Positions 1-10,700 of a stretch of DNA of 30,045 nt are shown piece by piece. Both the position numbers and the translations under genes were made by a program. Within the stretch, counting starts at the first letter, position 1; each line of letters starts with the position of its first letter. The stretch is from positions 1-30,045 of IMG/VR virus record IMGVR_UViG_3300027749_000372. The stretch is one strand, 5' to 3'. The notes beneath the pieces are model-generated. The model was not told where the DNA came from and searched no databases. It saw nothing but the letters and a program-made list of their open reading frames with translations. The DNA is from a virus. Its lineage: Duplodnaviria > Caudoviricetes.

Positions 1-1
1 T

Positions 2-3000
2 GTCTCCTACTGAGGCCGGAGTGGTCAATGTGATTTGATTGGATCCGGTTACTGTGTACTGTCCTACAGGATTGCCAGCAGTATTGGTTAGGAATTGATT
101 GTTCAGCGTGACTGACGTTGGAGCGACCAATGTTGCATCCACTTGATACACTGTTTGTGTGGCACTGGTCACAATGAATTCCTGCACTGATCGATCATAG
201 ATGTAAACAGACCCTGCGGAGGTAACGCTATTGTAGGTGTTGTTGGCGCAGCCAACCATGACCTGTTGACCATCTGTGCCGCAACTGACTGACTGGCCAA
301 ATCTTGCATCGGCAGCAAGTCCGCCAGGTGCCAGCGAGTTGACATAGGTGTAGTAACTCTGTGTTGTTACACCAATGGTGCCAGTTGGTGCTGCCGTAAA
401 TGTTATATCTCTAGTGGAGTTATTAAATGTATAGTCAATGGTGGGTCTTTGAACAATGCCATTTACTGTGACATTGCAACTGTAGATGTTGGTGGCAGAG
501 TATAGATACTCATTCAATGAGAATATCTGTGTAATGCCATTGCCTGTAAATGTCTGTGCCGCTCGCCGGCCAATTGTTAATTTGAGATCTTTAACCGGAG
601 TTGAATTCAGTACTATGCTGGTTGCAGTCACAGTATAATCAGTTGAATAAATCAACAGTTGATTATTCAGTACCACAAACAACTGTTGGTAGGCTCCAGA
701 ATCGATCACTATGCTGTTGCTATAGTTGTAGGAATATGTTACGCCATCAGTTACATATGATGTCAATTGGCTTTGAACTGGTACCAACCCGTAGGCAAAT
801 ACTCGGTTGATACCCGGTGCACCAATATACATCCAGTTTTCATCTGCGCTGATAGCAATGCTGGTTCCAAATTCACTGGCTGAATTTATGCTACCGGCGG
901 TGGGCACTGTCAACAAATTTGAGATGCCAAAACTTGCACTGTTTGGAAATCTGTAGACCACAGTTACATAACCAGAATTGGTACTGGAGTCAGCACCAAG
1001 ACTGGCCGGTGCACCTACTGCACCCCAGGTTTGATTGCCTATGCTGACCGAGGTACCAAGTCCGCGTGTGCCAACAGCATTAGATTGTAGTATGCTATTT
1101 TGCGCAAATGGATTGGTAGATGTTCTTACATAAGTGTAAAGTGCGCCAATATTGGAATTATATCCTGGGCTGCCTACAAATGCAAACACATTGTCTCGAG
1201 CCTGTGCAACACTAGTACCAAACTTGCTATTGGCCACTGGAGAGGTTGGTATCAGTTGGCCACTGGTGTGAAACACTTCTTGTTTTTGTACGACTTCCCA
1301 CAGTCCTGCACCGTTGTCATTGATCCAGGCACGATCGCCAGGTATTAGATTATTGGCATAAGGCAAGGTAATGATGTCACTGCCTTGAGAGACTCGCTGA
1401 CTTTGTAGTGTGAAGGCAGTTCCGGTTCCTATGGCCACAATTTGATCTTGTTGCAGGAATTGAAAAGCCACTGTGACCTGGTTTATGGTGGGCACATTCA
1501 ATACTTTGTATACACCATCTGCACCTGATCCAAAGTACTTGATCAATAGAATGTTATCCGTGACTAGGCCATGTGCCTGATTGAATGTGACCACTGCTGT
1601 GCCATTCAAATTGCTGTTGATCTGTATGACCTGTGCTGGTATTTGAGCGGTTCTATAGATTCCCCAGTCATAATCATTGATCTTGGCCACCCATACTATG
1701 GTTCCTACATTCACGTTGTTTAGTTGGGCTGCCAACGAAGCAGTATTGTCAATATTGAATACTGTGATGTCGACATCGTCTACGTTGACATATCCTGCTG
1801 ATGGCAAGGCTGTGTCAGTTTTCTTGACCAAAGTAGTGGTCAATATGTCAGGTGTGGTTATTTTATAACTTTCAGCCCAGAGATCATTTACATACACCGT
1901 TTGCTCGGCCAGACTGGACTCACCAGGTATGATCACTTGAATCAGGCTAGGATTTGAAGTCAGTAATGCTTCGTTCAATCTCACTTCATAAAAACTCTTG
2001 TTGGCATTAGCACCATAGGTACCGCGTTGCAATGCCCAGTTTTCATAGATGTTGTATTCTGATATACCTCTACCAAAGTCAGCAAAAGTAAAAATTTCTG
2101 CGGCACGCACAGTGCCTTTGGTACCAATAAATTGTCTATAGAGATTGACCTGACTGGTGCTGTCTAGGTTCAATGCAACCATGTAATCTCTGGGTTTGAA
2201 TCCAATCAAGTTGTAGGCAAACAGATCTTGATTGAGTTCAAAATTGGCTTGATACACGTTGTAACTGTTAGCCAACTGATCACTCTTGTTGGATAAGTTG
2301 GGCAATAATCCCTGTTGAATCTTGGTGTAATCACTACGTGTCCAGTTGTTAAAGTTGAATTCTGGTGCAGGCTGAACAATATCAACAGCACTGTAGTAGA
2401 AATTCTTGTACAACACAATCTCGCCGCGAGCGTACTTGCGCAATGGATCCCATTCTTGTATGTTGTTTTGGTTGAGTATGAATCCTGGAGCGTTCAACTG
2501 ACCATTCCAGTCTTGTGTAGTAGAGCCTATCAGTCGCACTCGATTTTGTCTGGCACCTGTTGCAGGTGAGTAGATTAAATCAGCAAAGATACTTTGATTG
2601 TCTAGCACTACCATGTTTTCATAAGACGTAAATTTCAAATGAAAGTAATTTATAGTTTCAGCATTAAGACTCTTTAAGGTAAAGGTATTGTCTAATCGCT
2701 CAACCACAAGATTTCTTGTGTTAAACGGCGTACGGTCTGCGGTGAGCACTATGTTTTCAGTGGTTTGTAAAGCAATGCTATCAACTATAGCCCCTGGTCG
2801 CTCTACTATAACTTGCGTGGCTCCTGGGTTCAAGTTTATGATACTGCCGTCGGCCCAGCCTTGTCCACTCCAGTACAAGAATTCGCTGACCATCTGATTC
2901 CAGTCTATTGCGTAACTGTTTTCCAGTTGAGTGAACAGCATGCCTTGTTGCTGTAACAATGCACCGTAACTGAGCAAGAAATCTGCCACCAAAGTACGAT

Positions 3001-6000
3001 TGGTAAATGTGTATCCATACGGAACCTGTACCACTTTGTTGGTATAGGTTAGAGGCACACGAACATCAAATCCACCAGCACTGATGGTGCCCAATACTCC
3101 ATTGACCTGACTGATCAAGATATTGAAGTAAGGCTGCGTGGCGCTGTATCCATACACTGCCCAGCCATTGGCAGTTGACTGCACAATCACACTGCTATAA
3201 GTCAATTGGTCAAAAGGTACATTCTTGTAGAACAATAGATTGTAACTTTCATCAGGCAACAACAAACTTGAATTGAGACTGTTGGGACTGGATTTTTCAG
3301 TGTAGATCTGCAGGAGATTTTTGGCCGAGAACGCTGCCATCCTATAGCACAGCCGCACATCAAGATTTTTAAGGTCAGCAGTGAGTGTGTTAGTTGAATT
3401 GATTCCGCTCACGCGATTGTAATCCACAATCCAGTCAATATAACTGGCCTTGCTGACACCGTTGCCATATACTTCAACGCCATTGGCATCTAGTCTGTAA
3501 CGACCGTTGTAGAGATACTGACCAAGTTCTGCATCATGTCGGTATAAGTCACGATCGGCAAACAAACTAAAGAATTCAGCAGGGCGTGTGAGTGCCAACA
3601 TTCGCATGATTGCAAACGGGTAAGCACTACTGGTTTTCCAGGCATTTTCCACCGGAGCATCATCGCCCACCGTCCAGTTTCTTTGCCAATTATTACTGTT
3701 GAAGTTGCCGACCATTACTTCAATTGGCGGTAATAATATGCCTTCAGAATTGGCAGGAATCACTTGCGACAGTTGAGGTCTTGCAAATTGGGGTAATATG
3801 TAAGGGGCCACTGGATCTCGCACCAGGCCTGCTGCCAAGTCGTCCCATAACACCAGGTTACCCGAAGTGTAAGGAGCAGGACCATATTCGGCTTCCCACC
3901 ATACGGGCATTACACTGAATCCCAACATCTCCCAAGGTCTTGTGTTGGGGTTGATAGTGTCGTAAAAGTAATTGTAGATACCACGCCAGGCACCCACAGC
4001 CAATGGAATGTTATTACTGAGTTTATTTCCGGCAGTGCTGTAGTTCCAGGTGAATGCATTTGTGGCCATGTAGTCTTGCGACTTGTAATCCAGTTTGTTC
4101 CAGCCTACCCAGGTTAGAAAACTCTGACTTTCAATGTTGGTAATTTCTTCCAAGGTATAATCAGTTGTGCGGAATTGTCCAGGCCCAACTTCTGTGGCTA
4201 CCAAGGGCACAGGATTGCCATCCAGTTTCAAGTTGTTGTAGATTCTAGTTTCAAATTCCAACAATAACTGATCTCTAAAGTCACCAAAGGCCACTGTGAT
4301 TGAACCGTCATGTCCGCGAATGACCAAACGTGGCTCAACGTAGGTGGTATCCAAATATATCTCGGGCACAAATGCCGGATACAATCCTAGTTTGGTAGGC
4401 GTGTTGGGTATGAACGTGCCATAGGTTTCTGCGTACTCTTGTATGACCACTTGATCGCCAACTGCTAGTGGTATGAGTATGGTCAAGATTGGAGCATCCG
4501 TTGATACTGTGTATTCAATGTCTCTTGTGAGCAAGCGACCATTCAAGTATGCCAACAGTCCAAGATAGTTGGCTGATGTGTAGTTGTATACCTGTGTGGT
4601 GTCAAATCTCTGTGTGGAGATGGCAGTGACCACTGTGGTTGATTGAGTATATGTGTTGCTGCCTGGCAACATATCCGACCAGTAGAAAGGATTGGAACTG
4701 GTGCGACCCATAATGAGATCAGTTATGATTGTGGTCAAAATATCAGGCACAGTCATGTTCACATAATCACCAGTGACCGCGGCATTCAACAACTGTGCTT
4801 TGTATTTTTCGTATTCTCTTGAGTTGTATTCAAGACTGGCAAATATGTTGTAATCTGCACTGCGCAGGAAATAACCGGCCAGAGTCATGGGTGCGCTCTG
4901 TTGTAAAATATTCAGGCCAAAAGGTATGATGTTGCCAAGGTCACGAGAGTTGTTGGCACCATTGATTTTGCCTGTGAGTCCTAGTAGATTTTGTCCTATT
5001 GAATCATAATGGCTTCTAATAGTGCCCAGTGTGAGATTACTAGCATTCTGATTCAGCGGGTTATTCTCAAGGTTAATAGGTACCTGATAGAATCCTACCG
5101 CACTGGCTTGATCACTTAGAACTAAAACTTCGATTACCTGTCCAGGCACAATTACTGTAGTACTAGGAAAAGTTATAGTTGTGGTATTGTTCGTTGTGAC
5201 ATAGGTATAAGTTCCTGGATCTTGAAAAGTGCTGTCAATATAAACTTTAACAGAAGGAACAGTATCAACTGGTAGTGCTGCCACATCCAATAACAAAGGC
5301 GTGTCAACGGCATACACAAAACTAAACTGCTGATAGATATTGCTCTTGACCGCGGCAGTTTGCCAGCCAATTTCTCGTTGGTAAACAGTACGGTCAGCAT
5401 ATTGTCTCACAAACCCTATGCTGATATTTTCTGTATAACTCACGTTGTCTTTGACGTAGAGAAAGGTATCTGCGTAAAGATTATTGTCAAACACAATATC
5501 GCCAATGTTGTTGATACTGAGATATCGTAAAGGAAAACCTAATACGGTATCATCAAATCCGGGCCCAAGAGCATAACTAAACAACTTAGATCCTGCAAAT
5601 GTGCTACTGGGATATGCAACAGGATTGCTAAGACTATATCCATTGCTGTCATAAACATCAAACAACGGTGCCTGATTCACGCCAGTTTTTTCCTGTGCGC
5701 GAATCCATTGCGTACCATCGTAGTAAAAACTTATACCTTGTAGTGTATTGCCGCTGAGACTGACCACTGTTTGATCAAACAGCACATCAGTGTCCGCAGC
5801 AGGCACTAGATCTATAACTGGAGTACCACCTTCCACAAGAGTGACAAAATTGACCACATAGATTTTGTCTCTTACGTTGGGATCTGTGTCCACTGCAAAA
5901 ATAACTCTTGTACCATTGATAAAATTGTAACCATCTACTCCGTACCCCACAGTTCCGTTGATATCACTAAATGCATCAGTTGTAGCAAAATCAATGATGT

Positions 6001-7792
6001 TTACCGGTTGTTTGCCCTGTGTGCCCATCTGATACAGTCTAGTGCCGCCGCGAAATTCCAAGATAGGTCGCCGTGCTCTAAACGCATTGTCCAACACCGG
6101 TGTGGTGTTGTTGTACGTGGCTGATGCTGTGACTACATCAATGTGAAACCAGCGGTTGCTACGTGTCCAGGCATTGAGGTCTGGACTATCTAATGCTATG
6201 GTCAGATAATCAGGTATCAAGGGTTGATTAAGGTCGGCATCAAAATTGGTTTTGTCAAACGCAGTTGAATCAAATGGTATCGATGCGCTCTTGGTATAGG
6301 TCTCGGGAGTAACATAGTTGGTCACCGGCAACAATTGAATGGCAGCGCCAACACCAGCCACGTAGTAGTCTTGCTTTTGATAACTAGCAGGCACTACGGG
6401 TGCAAGGAATTGCACTTTGAGATTGTTGGTAAACACCACACCATTGGGACTGGTATAATTTTTCTTGCCCAGAATGTCGGTTACAACATTGATTGCTGTG
6501 GCATTTGCTTGATCAATCAGTTGAATTTGGCCAAAGATATCTGGGTTGGTCCCATCTTGGTACCATAGGACATCTTTGGCTGCTGTGAGCAAAGGAATCT
6601 CTGCAAAATACCCTTCGGCGTCGCGATACCATTGTGTGCTGGCCCATTGTGTACCAAACAGCACAGTAAACTTGTTGAGGTTCGGACAAGGTCTTTGCAC
6701 CGTGAGTTGCAGGATTGGCTGACCATTATTGTCATATTGATAGGTGATCAACCACACGCTATAACGTGTGTCAAGATCCGTGATTGGCACAGTGAGATCG
6801 AAATTGAGACTGTCAAAACTGCCTGGAAGGCCGTTGTTGCTGTTGTTACGTTCTAGTGGATCAAACTGCGATGTAATCAGCCAGCCACCATCTTGTGGAT
6901 CGGCGATCTGATTGGTAAACACCACAGTACGATTGTTGAGATTGGTTATACCATCAATGCCACCATACTCGGCCAGGAAGTCCGACAGGTACACATTGTT
7001 GATCTGATCAAATTGTAGATTGGTCAACAAGTCTACTGTGCCAATACTGTTGAGATCGTAATAAAATTGTTGTGCGGTTTTTAATGGCACATCAAAAGAA
7101 ACAGTGCCTAGGTCTTCACCATTGTTGGTCACTCCCAGCACACCTCTACTGCTGATGTTGGGAGCATAAGGCAGTCGGCCATTCACGCCCGGCTCTGACT
7201 GTATCCAAAAACTATCGCCAGTTTGGTTTACATCAAATGTGTAGTTGCCTCCACGCACCAGGGTGATGACAGGATTGTTGCCGAGCAGGGTACTGAATTG
7301 ATATACTGTACTGGTTCTAGTGACAGTGAAATTTTCAGTCAATGGCACCCCGGTCGAATACACATCTACTGCGTTAGGACCACCGGGCAACCAGTAGTAT
7401 TGACTGTAGTTTACAAATTTGTCAAAACTAACAAAAGGATCCCAGGTGTAGTATTCACTGGTATAGAGTCTGTCGCTCTTGGTGGTGTTGGCACCTTGCA
7501 CGGCTAGAGCATCTGTAATGCCCGGATAGGTCACAGCATCTTTTATTGTATTAGTATCAGGTTTGAGGCTGATCACTCCTGGTTCCAATTGATAGTTGGC
7601 TCGAGTGGCCGTGGGCTCCAGTACATAATAGTCATTGGGATTGACGCCGGGGCCAACTCTACGACCCACATAACCTTGTGTTTTCTTAAATGCAGGTTCT
7701 TGAACCAATTGGTCCAGAGTGGCATTTAAAAATTGCTTGTTGGGAGTGGTCTGAAATATATCAGGTAAAAAATCAACAGTGCGAATAGCCAT
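2..7792 (-). CDS. Giant virion structural protein (baseplate wedge/fibre-associated), partial, >2597 aa, 3' end beyond the left edge
   Basis: ATG at 7792 overlaps the gp6 stop (TAATG). Hand translation gives MAIRTVDFLPDIFQTTPNKQFLNATLDQLVQEPAFKKTQGYVGRR...YTWDPFVSFDKFVNYSQYYWLPGGP. The same frame reads sensibly at the window edge (YTVTGSNQITLTTPASVGD). The track lists no stop-bounded ORF from this ATG, consistent with no in-frame stop in the window. Contains FG-GAP-like and beta-rich repeats and lies directly downstream of gp6. Confidence 0.9.
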   Translation of the reverse strand, partial: MAIRTVDFLPDIFQTTPNKQFLNATLDQLVQEPAFKKTQGYVGRRVGPGVNPNDYYVLEPTATRANYQLEPGVISLKPDTNTIKDAVTYPGITDALAVQGANTTKSDRLYTSEYYTWDPFVSFDKFVNYSQYYWLPGGPNAVDVYSTGVPLTENFTVTRTSTVYQFSTLLGNNPVITLVRGGNYTFDVNQTGDSFWIQSEPGVNGRLPYAPNISSRGVLGVTNNGEDLGTVSFDVPLKTAQQFYYDLNSIGTVDLLTNLQFDQINNVYLSDFLAEYGGIDGITNLNNRTVVFTNQIADPQDGGWLITSQFDPLERNNSNNGLPGSFDSLNFDLTVPITDLDTRYSVWLITYQYDNNGQPILQLTVQRPCPNLNKFTVLFGTQWASTQWYRDAEGYFAEIPLLTAAKDVLWYQDGTNPDIFGQIQLIDQANATAINVVTDILGKKNYTSPNGVVFTNNLKVQFLAPVVPASYQKQDYYVAGVGAAIQLLPVTNYVTPETYTKSASIPFDSTAFDKTNFDADLNQPLIPDYLTIALDSPDLNAWTRSNRWFHIDVVTASATYNNTTPVLDNAFRARRPILEFRGGTRLYQMGTQGKQPVNIIDFATTDAFSDINGTVGYGVDGYNFINGTRVIFAVDTDPNVRDKIYVVNFVTLVEGGTPVIDLVPAADTDVLFDQTVVSLSGNTLQGISFYYDGTQWIRAQEKTGVNQAPLFDVYDSNGYSLSNPVAYPSSTFAGSKLFSYALGPGFDDTVLGFPLRYLSINNIGDIVFDNNLYADTFLYVKDNVSYTENISIGFVRQYADRTVYQREIGWQTAAVKSNIYQQFSFVYAVDTPLLLDVAALPVDTVPSVKVYIDSTFQDPGTYTYVTTNNTTTITFPSTTVIVPGQVIEVLVLSDQASAVGFYQVPINLENNPLNQNASNLTLGTIRSHYDSIGQNLLGLTGKINGANNSRDLGNIIPFGLNILQQSAPMTLAGYFLRSADYNIFASLEYNSREYEKYKAQLLNAAVTGDYVNMTVPDILTTIITDLIMGRTSSNPFYWSDMLPGSNTYTQSTTVVTAISTQRFDTTQVYNYTSANYLGLLAYLNGRLLTRDIEYTVSTDAPILTILIPLAVGDQVVIQEYAETYGTFIPNTPTKLGLYPAFVPEIYLDTTYVEPRLVIRGHDGSITVAFGDFRDQLLLEFETRIYNNLKLDGNPVPLVATEVGPGQFRTTDYTLEEITNIESQSFLTWVGWNKLDYKSQDYMATNAFTWNYSTAGNKLSNNIPLAVGAWRGIYNYFYDTINPNTRPWEMLGFSVMPVWWEAEYGPAPYTSGNLVLWDDLAAGLVRDPVAPYILPQFARPQLSQVIPANSEGILLPPIEVMVGNFNSNNWQRNWTVGDDAPVENAWKTSSAYPFAIMRMLALTRPAEFFSLFADRDLYRHDAELGQYLYNGRYRLDANGVEVYGNGVSKASYIDWIVDYNRVSGINSTNTLTADLKNLDVRLCYRMAAFSAKNLLQIYTEKSSPNSLNSSLLLPDESYNLLFYKNVPFDQLTYSSVIVQSTANGWAVYGYSATQPYFNILISQVNGVLGTISAGGFDVRVPLTYTNKVVQVPYGYTFTNRTLVADFLLSYGALLQQQGMLFTQLENSYAIDWNQMVSEFLYWSGQGWADGSIINLNPGATQVIVERPGAIVDSIALQTTENIVLTADRTPFNTRNLVVERLDNTFTLKSLNAETINYFHLKFTSYENMVVLDNQSIFADLIYSPATGARQNRVRLIGSTTQDWNGQLNAPGFILNQNNIQEWDPLRKYARGEIVLYKNFYYSAVDIVQPAPEFNFNNWTRSDYTKIQQGLLPNLSNKSDQLANSYNVYQANFELNQDLFAYNLIGFKPRDYMVALNLDSTSQVNLYRQFIGTKGTVRAAEIFTFADFGRGISEYNIYENWALQRGTYGANANKSFYEVRLNEALLTSNPSLIQVIIPGESSLAEQTVYVNDLWAESYKITTPDILTTTLVKKTDTALPSAGYVNVDDVDITVFNIDNTASLAAQLNNVNVGTIVWVAKINDYDWGIYRTAQIPAQVIQINSNLNGTAVVTFNQAHGLVTDNILLIKYFGSGADGVYKVLNVPTINQVTVAFQFLQQDQIVAIGTGTAFTLQSQRVSQGSDIITLPYANNLIPGDRAWINDNGAGLWEVVQKQEVFHTSGQLIPTSPVANSKFGTSVAQARDNVFAFVGSPGYNSNIGALYTYVRTSTNPFAQNSILQSNAVGTRGLGTSVSIGNQTWGAVGAPASLGADSSTNSGYVTVVYRFPNSASFGISNLLTVPTAGSINSASEFGTSIAISADENWMYIGAPGINRVFAYGLVPVQSQLTSYVTDGVTYSYNYSNSIVIDSGAYQQLFVVLNNQLLIYSTDYTVTATSIVLNSTPVKDLKLTIGRRAAQTFTGNGITQIFSLNEYLYSATNIYSCNVTVNGIVQRPTIDYTFNNSTRDITFTAAPTGTIGVTTQSYYTYVNSLAPGGLAADARFGQSVSCGTDGQQVMVGCANNTYNSVTSAGSVYIYDRSVQEFIVTSATQTVYQVDATLVAPTSVTLNNQFLTNTAGNPVGQYTVTGSNQITLTTPASVGD
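190..1222 (-). repeat. Four FG-GAP/integrin-alpha-like beta-propeller blade motifs within the giant protein
   Basis: FGTSVAQARDNVFAFVGSPG (from 1222), LGTSVSIGNQTWGAVGAP (1060), FGTSIAISADENWMYIGAPG (871), FGQSVSCGTDGQQVMVGCA...GSVYIY (301). Confidence 0.75.
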
Positions 7793-10700
7793 TAAATTAC
7801 TCCACTGCCGGGTGCAGTTCTAATATTGGTACTAGTCAGCGCAACAATTACTTCGATATTGCTGACAAGAGCACCATTGACAAATATTTCGCTAGGACCA
7901 CTTCGTATTTCGTACAAGTCGCCAAAACTTTTCAAGGGATCCAATGGAACTAGAACTACCGAACTGACCACGCCGCCCATGTTGGAATGAATGTAGGCTG
8001 CTAGTTCTGAGAAGTAGAATGTTTGGCCAAAGTCCCATTTGTCAATGCTGAAATAGGTGTTTAGATTTGCCAACACTAGATTTTTGATTTCGCTTTCGCT
8101 GGCTGTGCTGTCGGCAGCACGAATGACCTTGATAGTGGCCTGCAACTCTTTGGCAGCCTTGGGGCCAAATAGCGGTTTGAATACCACGCTGTTCACGATC
8201 ACATTGTCACTGATCATCTTGTAATCATTAAGTCCTTGATAGGCTGTGCTGAGTTGATCTATGGTAGGTACAGCAGGTTTGGGCACTGTGCCTGTGGTGT
8301 CTCGCAACCAATTTTGATAGGCTGTGTAGTAGGCCTGAACGACCACATACAGGTCAATAATGTTGGTTGTACCTGGATCAATTCTGCTGGTCAATGAGGC
8401 ATTGTGACGATATTGATAGTACAGACTTTGACGTCCCACACGTGCCTGCCATTGATCTGAAACTTCTACCAGACTGCGCACACCAGTCACACTGATTGCC
8501 AACAAGTAGAACGCACCCAGTTGACCAGCCAATGGGCCAATGGTGATGGTCTGGTTGTAGGCATAAAATGTTTGTCCAGGTATGTATTGTGCCATAACCA
8601 CTTCAATGGCATCCTTGGTAGCATAACCTGAATTCACACGACCGGGTTCAACCAGGAGGTATCGTTGTAGATTATCAAAGTCCACGGTCTTTTCAAAGAA
8701 CACCAATTTGGTAGTGGGATTTACAGTAGGTGCCACAATTTCATCAAAAAAGTCAGGATCAACCGGAGCGCCATCATTGGCGGAATATTCGTAACTTACA
8801 AACACTTCGAAGTCGTCCACAAAGCCATCACTGGCCACTGGCTGTCCCACAATGCTCAGGCGAATGTCGCCGGGTAAGGGGACATGCGTGTCGGGTACAG
8901 AATTGGTCTTTAACACGTTTACAAAATCACTGATCACTGTGCCTGTGCGACTGTCATAGATTCTTTGTCCTGTTTCAAAGAAAAATCTTGTTTGTAATAC
9001 AGATCCAAACAGATAAAACAACCCACGACTGGTCACTGTGTAACTGCTGCCATTGGTAACAAATTGAATCAACCAACTGGCATCTTGATTGGTGCCAGTT
9101 GTACTTTGTGCATTTGCCAAACTAAAAGTTGCATTCACTGCTAGATTTGTGCTGGTGATCACATACCAAGTGGCTGTGAGGTTGTTGTAGCCCAGGCCAA
9201 AGTTACGATACAATAACATTTGATCAGTAATACTAGTGACTGTGGTGCTGGGTAAATTGGTCACAAATAAAGGAATCACTGACACAGGAATAGCGCCAGT
9301 GGGCACAAAATTATTCAGTATGACCGGTCCGGTGCCGTTGGCAAAGTTGCCCTGTCCTTGGTTAGTACCATCCAACACTATGGCTGTGGGGCTGGCCCAG
9401 ATAATCAGTCGATCATTATCCACAGTAGGTAGGCCCAGTTTCAATTGATTGTTACTGTCAAAATAATAGCCAGGAGGAGGTACAAATTTCACCAGTGATC
9501 CTACTTGTATGTACTTGCTTACTGTACTGCTGTAGGTTCCAATGGCTGCTGGATATATCTGCGAGTTTACAAAGTAACCGGTGGTCTCGTTGGCCAGTGT
9601 TGTGCTTTCATGCCAGGTAAGGCCTGTCGGCACAAGATTGGGTCTTGGAAAGTTTGCATAGTAGAATTGATCCAGTCCTGTTGAAACCAACAAGGGTTGA
9701 ATTTGATTAGTAATCACTGTGGCAATGTCATTTCTTGTGAGCCAGGTAAAGTTGAATGTGGGCAATTGATTTTCTCGCCACAAAGCGCCATCGCTGCCAA
9801 ACATATTTGTTGAAGAATACTTGCCGGTATTGTCTACTAGGTCAAGATATCTTGAGGTTCCAATGCTGGCGCGGTTCAGCGCCTTGCTCTTGATGATTGA
9901 ATTGTAAAGAGTGAAAGGGAAGTTGTTGTAGTCCTCACCGTTGACCATGCGGTCCTGTGTGTAATATCTTGCAGGAGCACGTTGTTTAATCTCGTCCAAG
10001 GTCTCACGTGGTTGTGCATTGCTCACAGGTTGTGTAATACCACATGTGAATGTGATTGTTTCTATGTTTCCAGTGCGACTCACATAACTGATGGGTATGA
10101 CCACACTCTGCATCTCTTCAGGATTGATAATGTATGACAGGCCATTGGAGGCACGCACATACGCACGGAATGTTCCTACTGGAATGGTGCTGAACACACC
10201 ATCGCCAAATGTGAGAGTGATCTGATCATTGGTTCTACTGACCACAGAAAACAATTTGCGTTGATCCGGGGCCAGTTGTTCAGTGGCAGCCGCATACACA
10301 CTTTGTACATACTGCCATTCATACTGTACATTGCCCACAGTATCTAGTTGGTACAGCCAACGGTCTTCGTTGTTGACCCCTTCAATGTTGATGTTGACTG
10401 TTTGATTGGACACACGCTCACCAAGGTTGAAGTCTTGATTTTGTAGCACACCTTGTTTGAAGTAGAAGAAATAGCCTGTGTTGGCACTGGCAAAGCCCAG
10501 TTGATCGTTGCGAAACAAAACATTAAAGATACCATTGGGTAAGGGACTGGGTTCGTACACATAGTCTCGGCCAACAGATGTTGAGTTTACTGCTTCAAAC
10601 GGCATGTTGATACCATCCACAGTGGCAGTGTATGGGATCACTGGCAGGTAGCCGGGCACTAGATTGACACTGTATTCAGAAGTGTCAACTCCCACAACAG

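Noticed and set aside
601-7507. Many short ORFs listed in the track over the left 7.5 kb
   Set aside because: They are antisense or off-frame shadows of the giant minus-strand gene, with no motifs or SDs.
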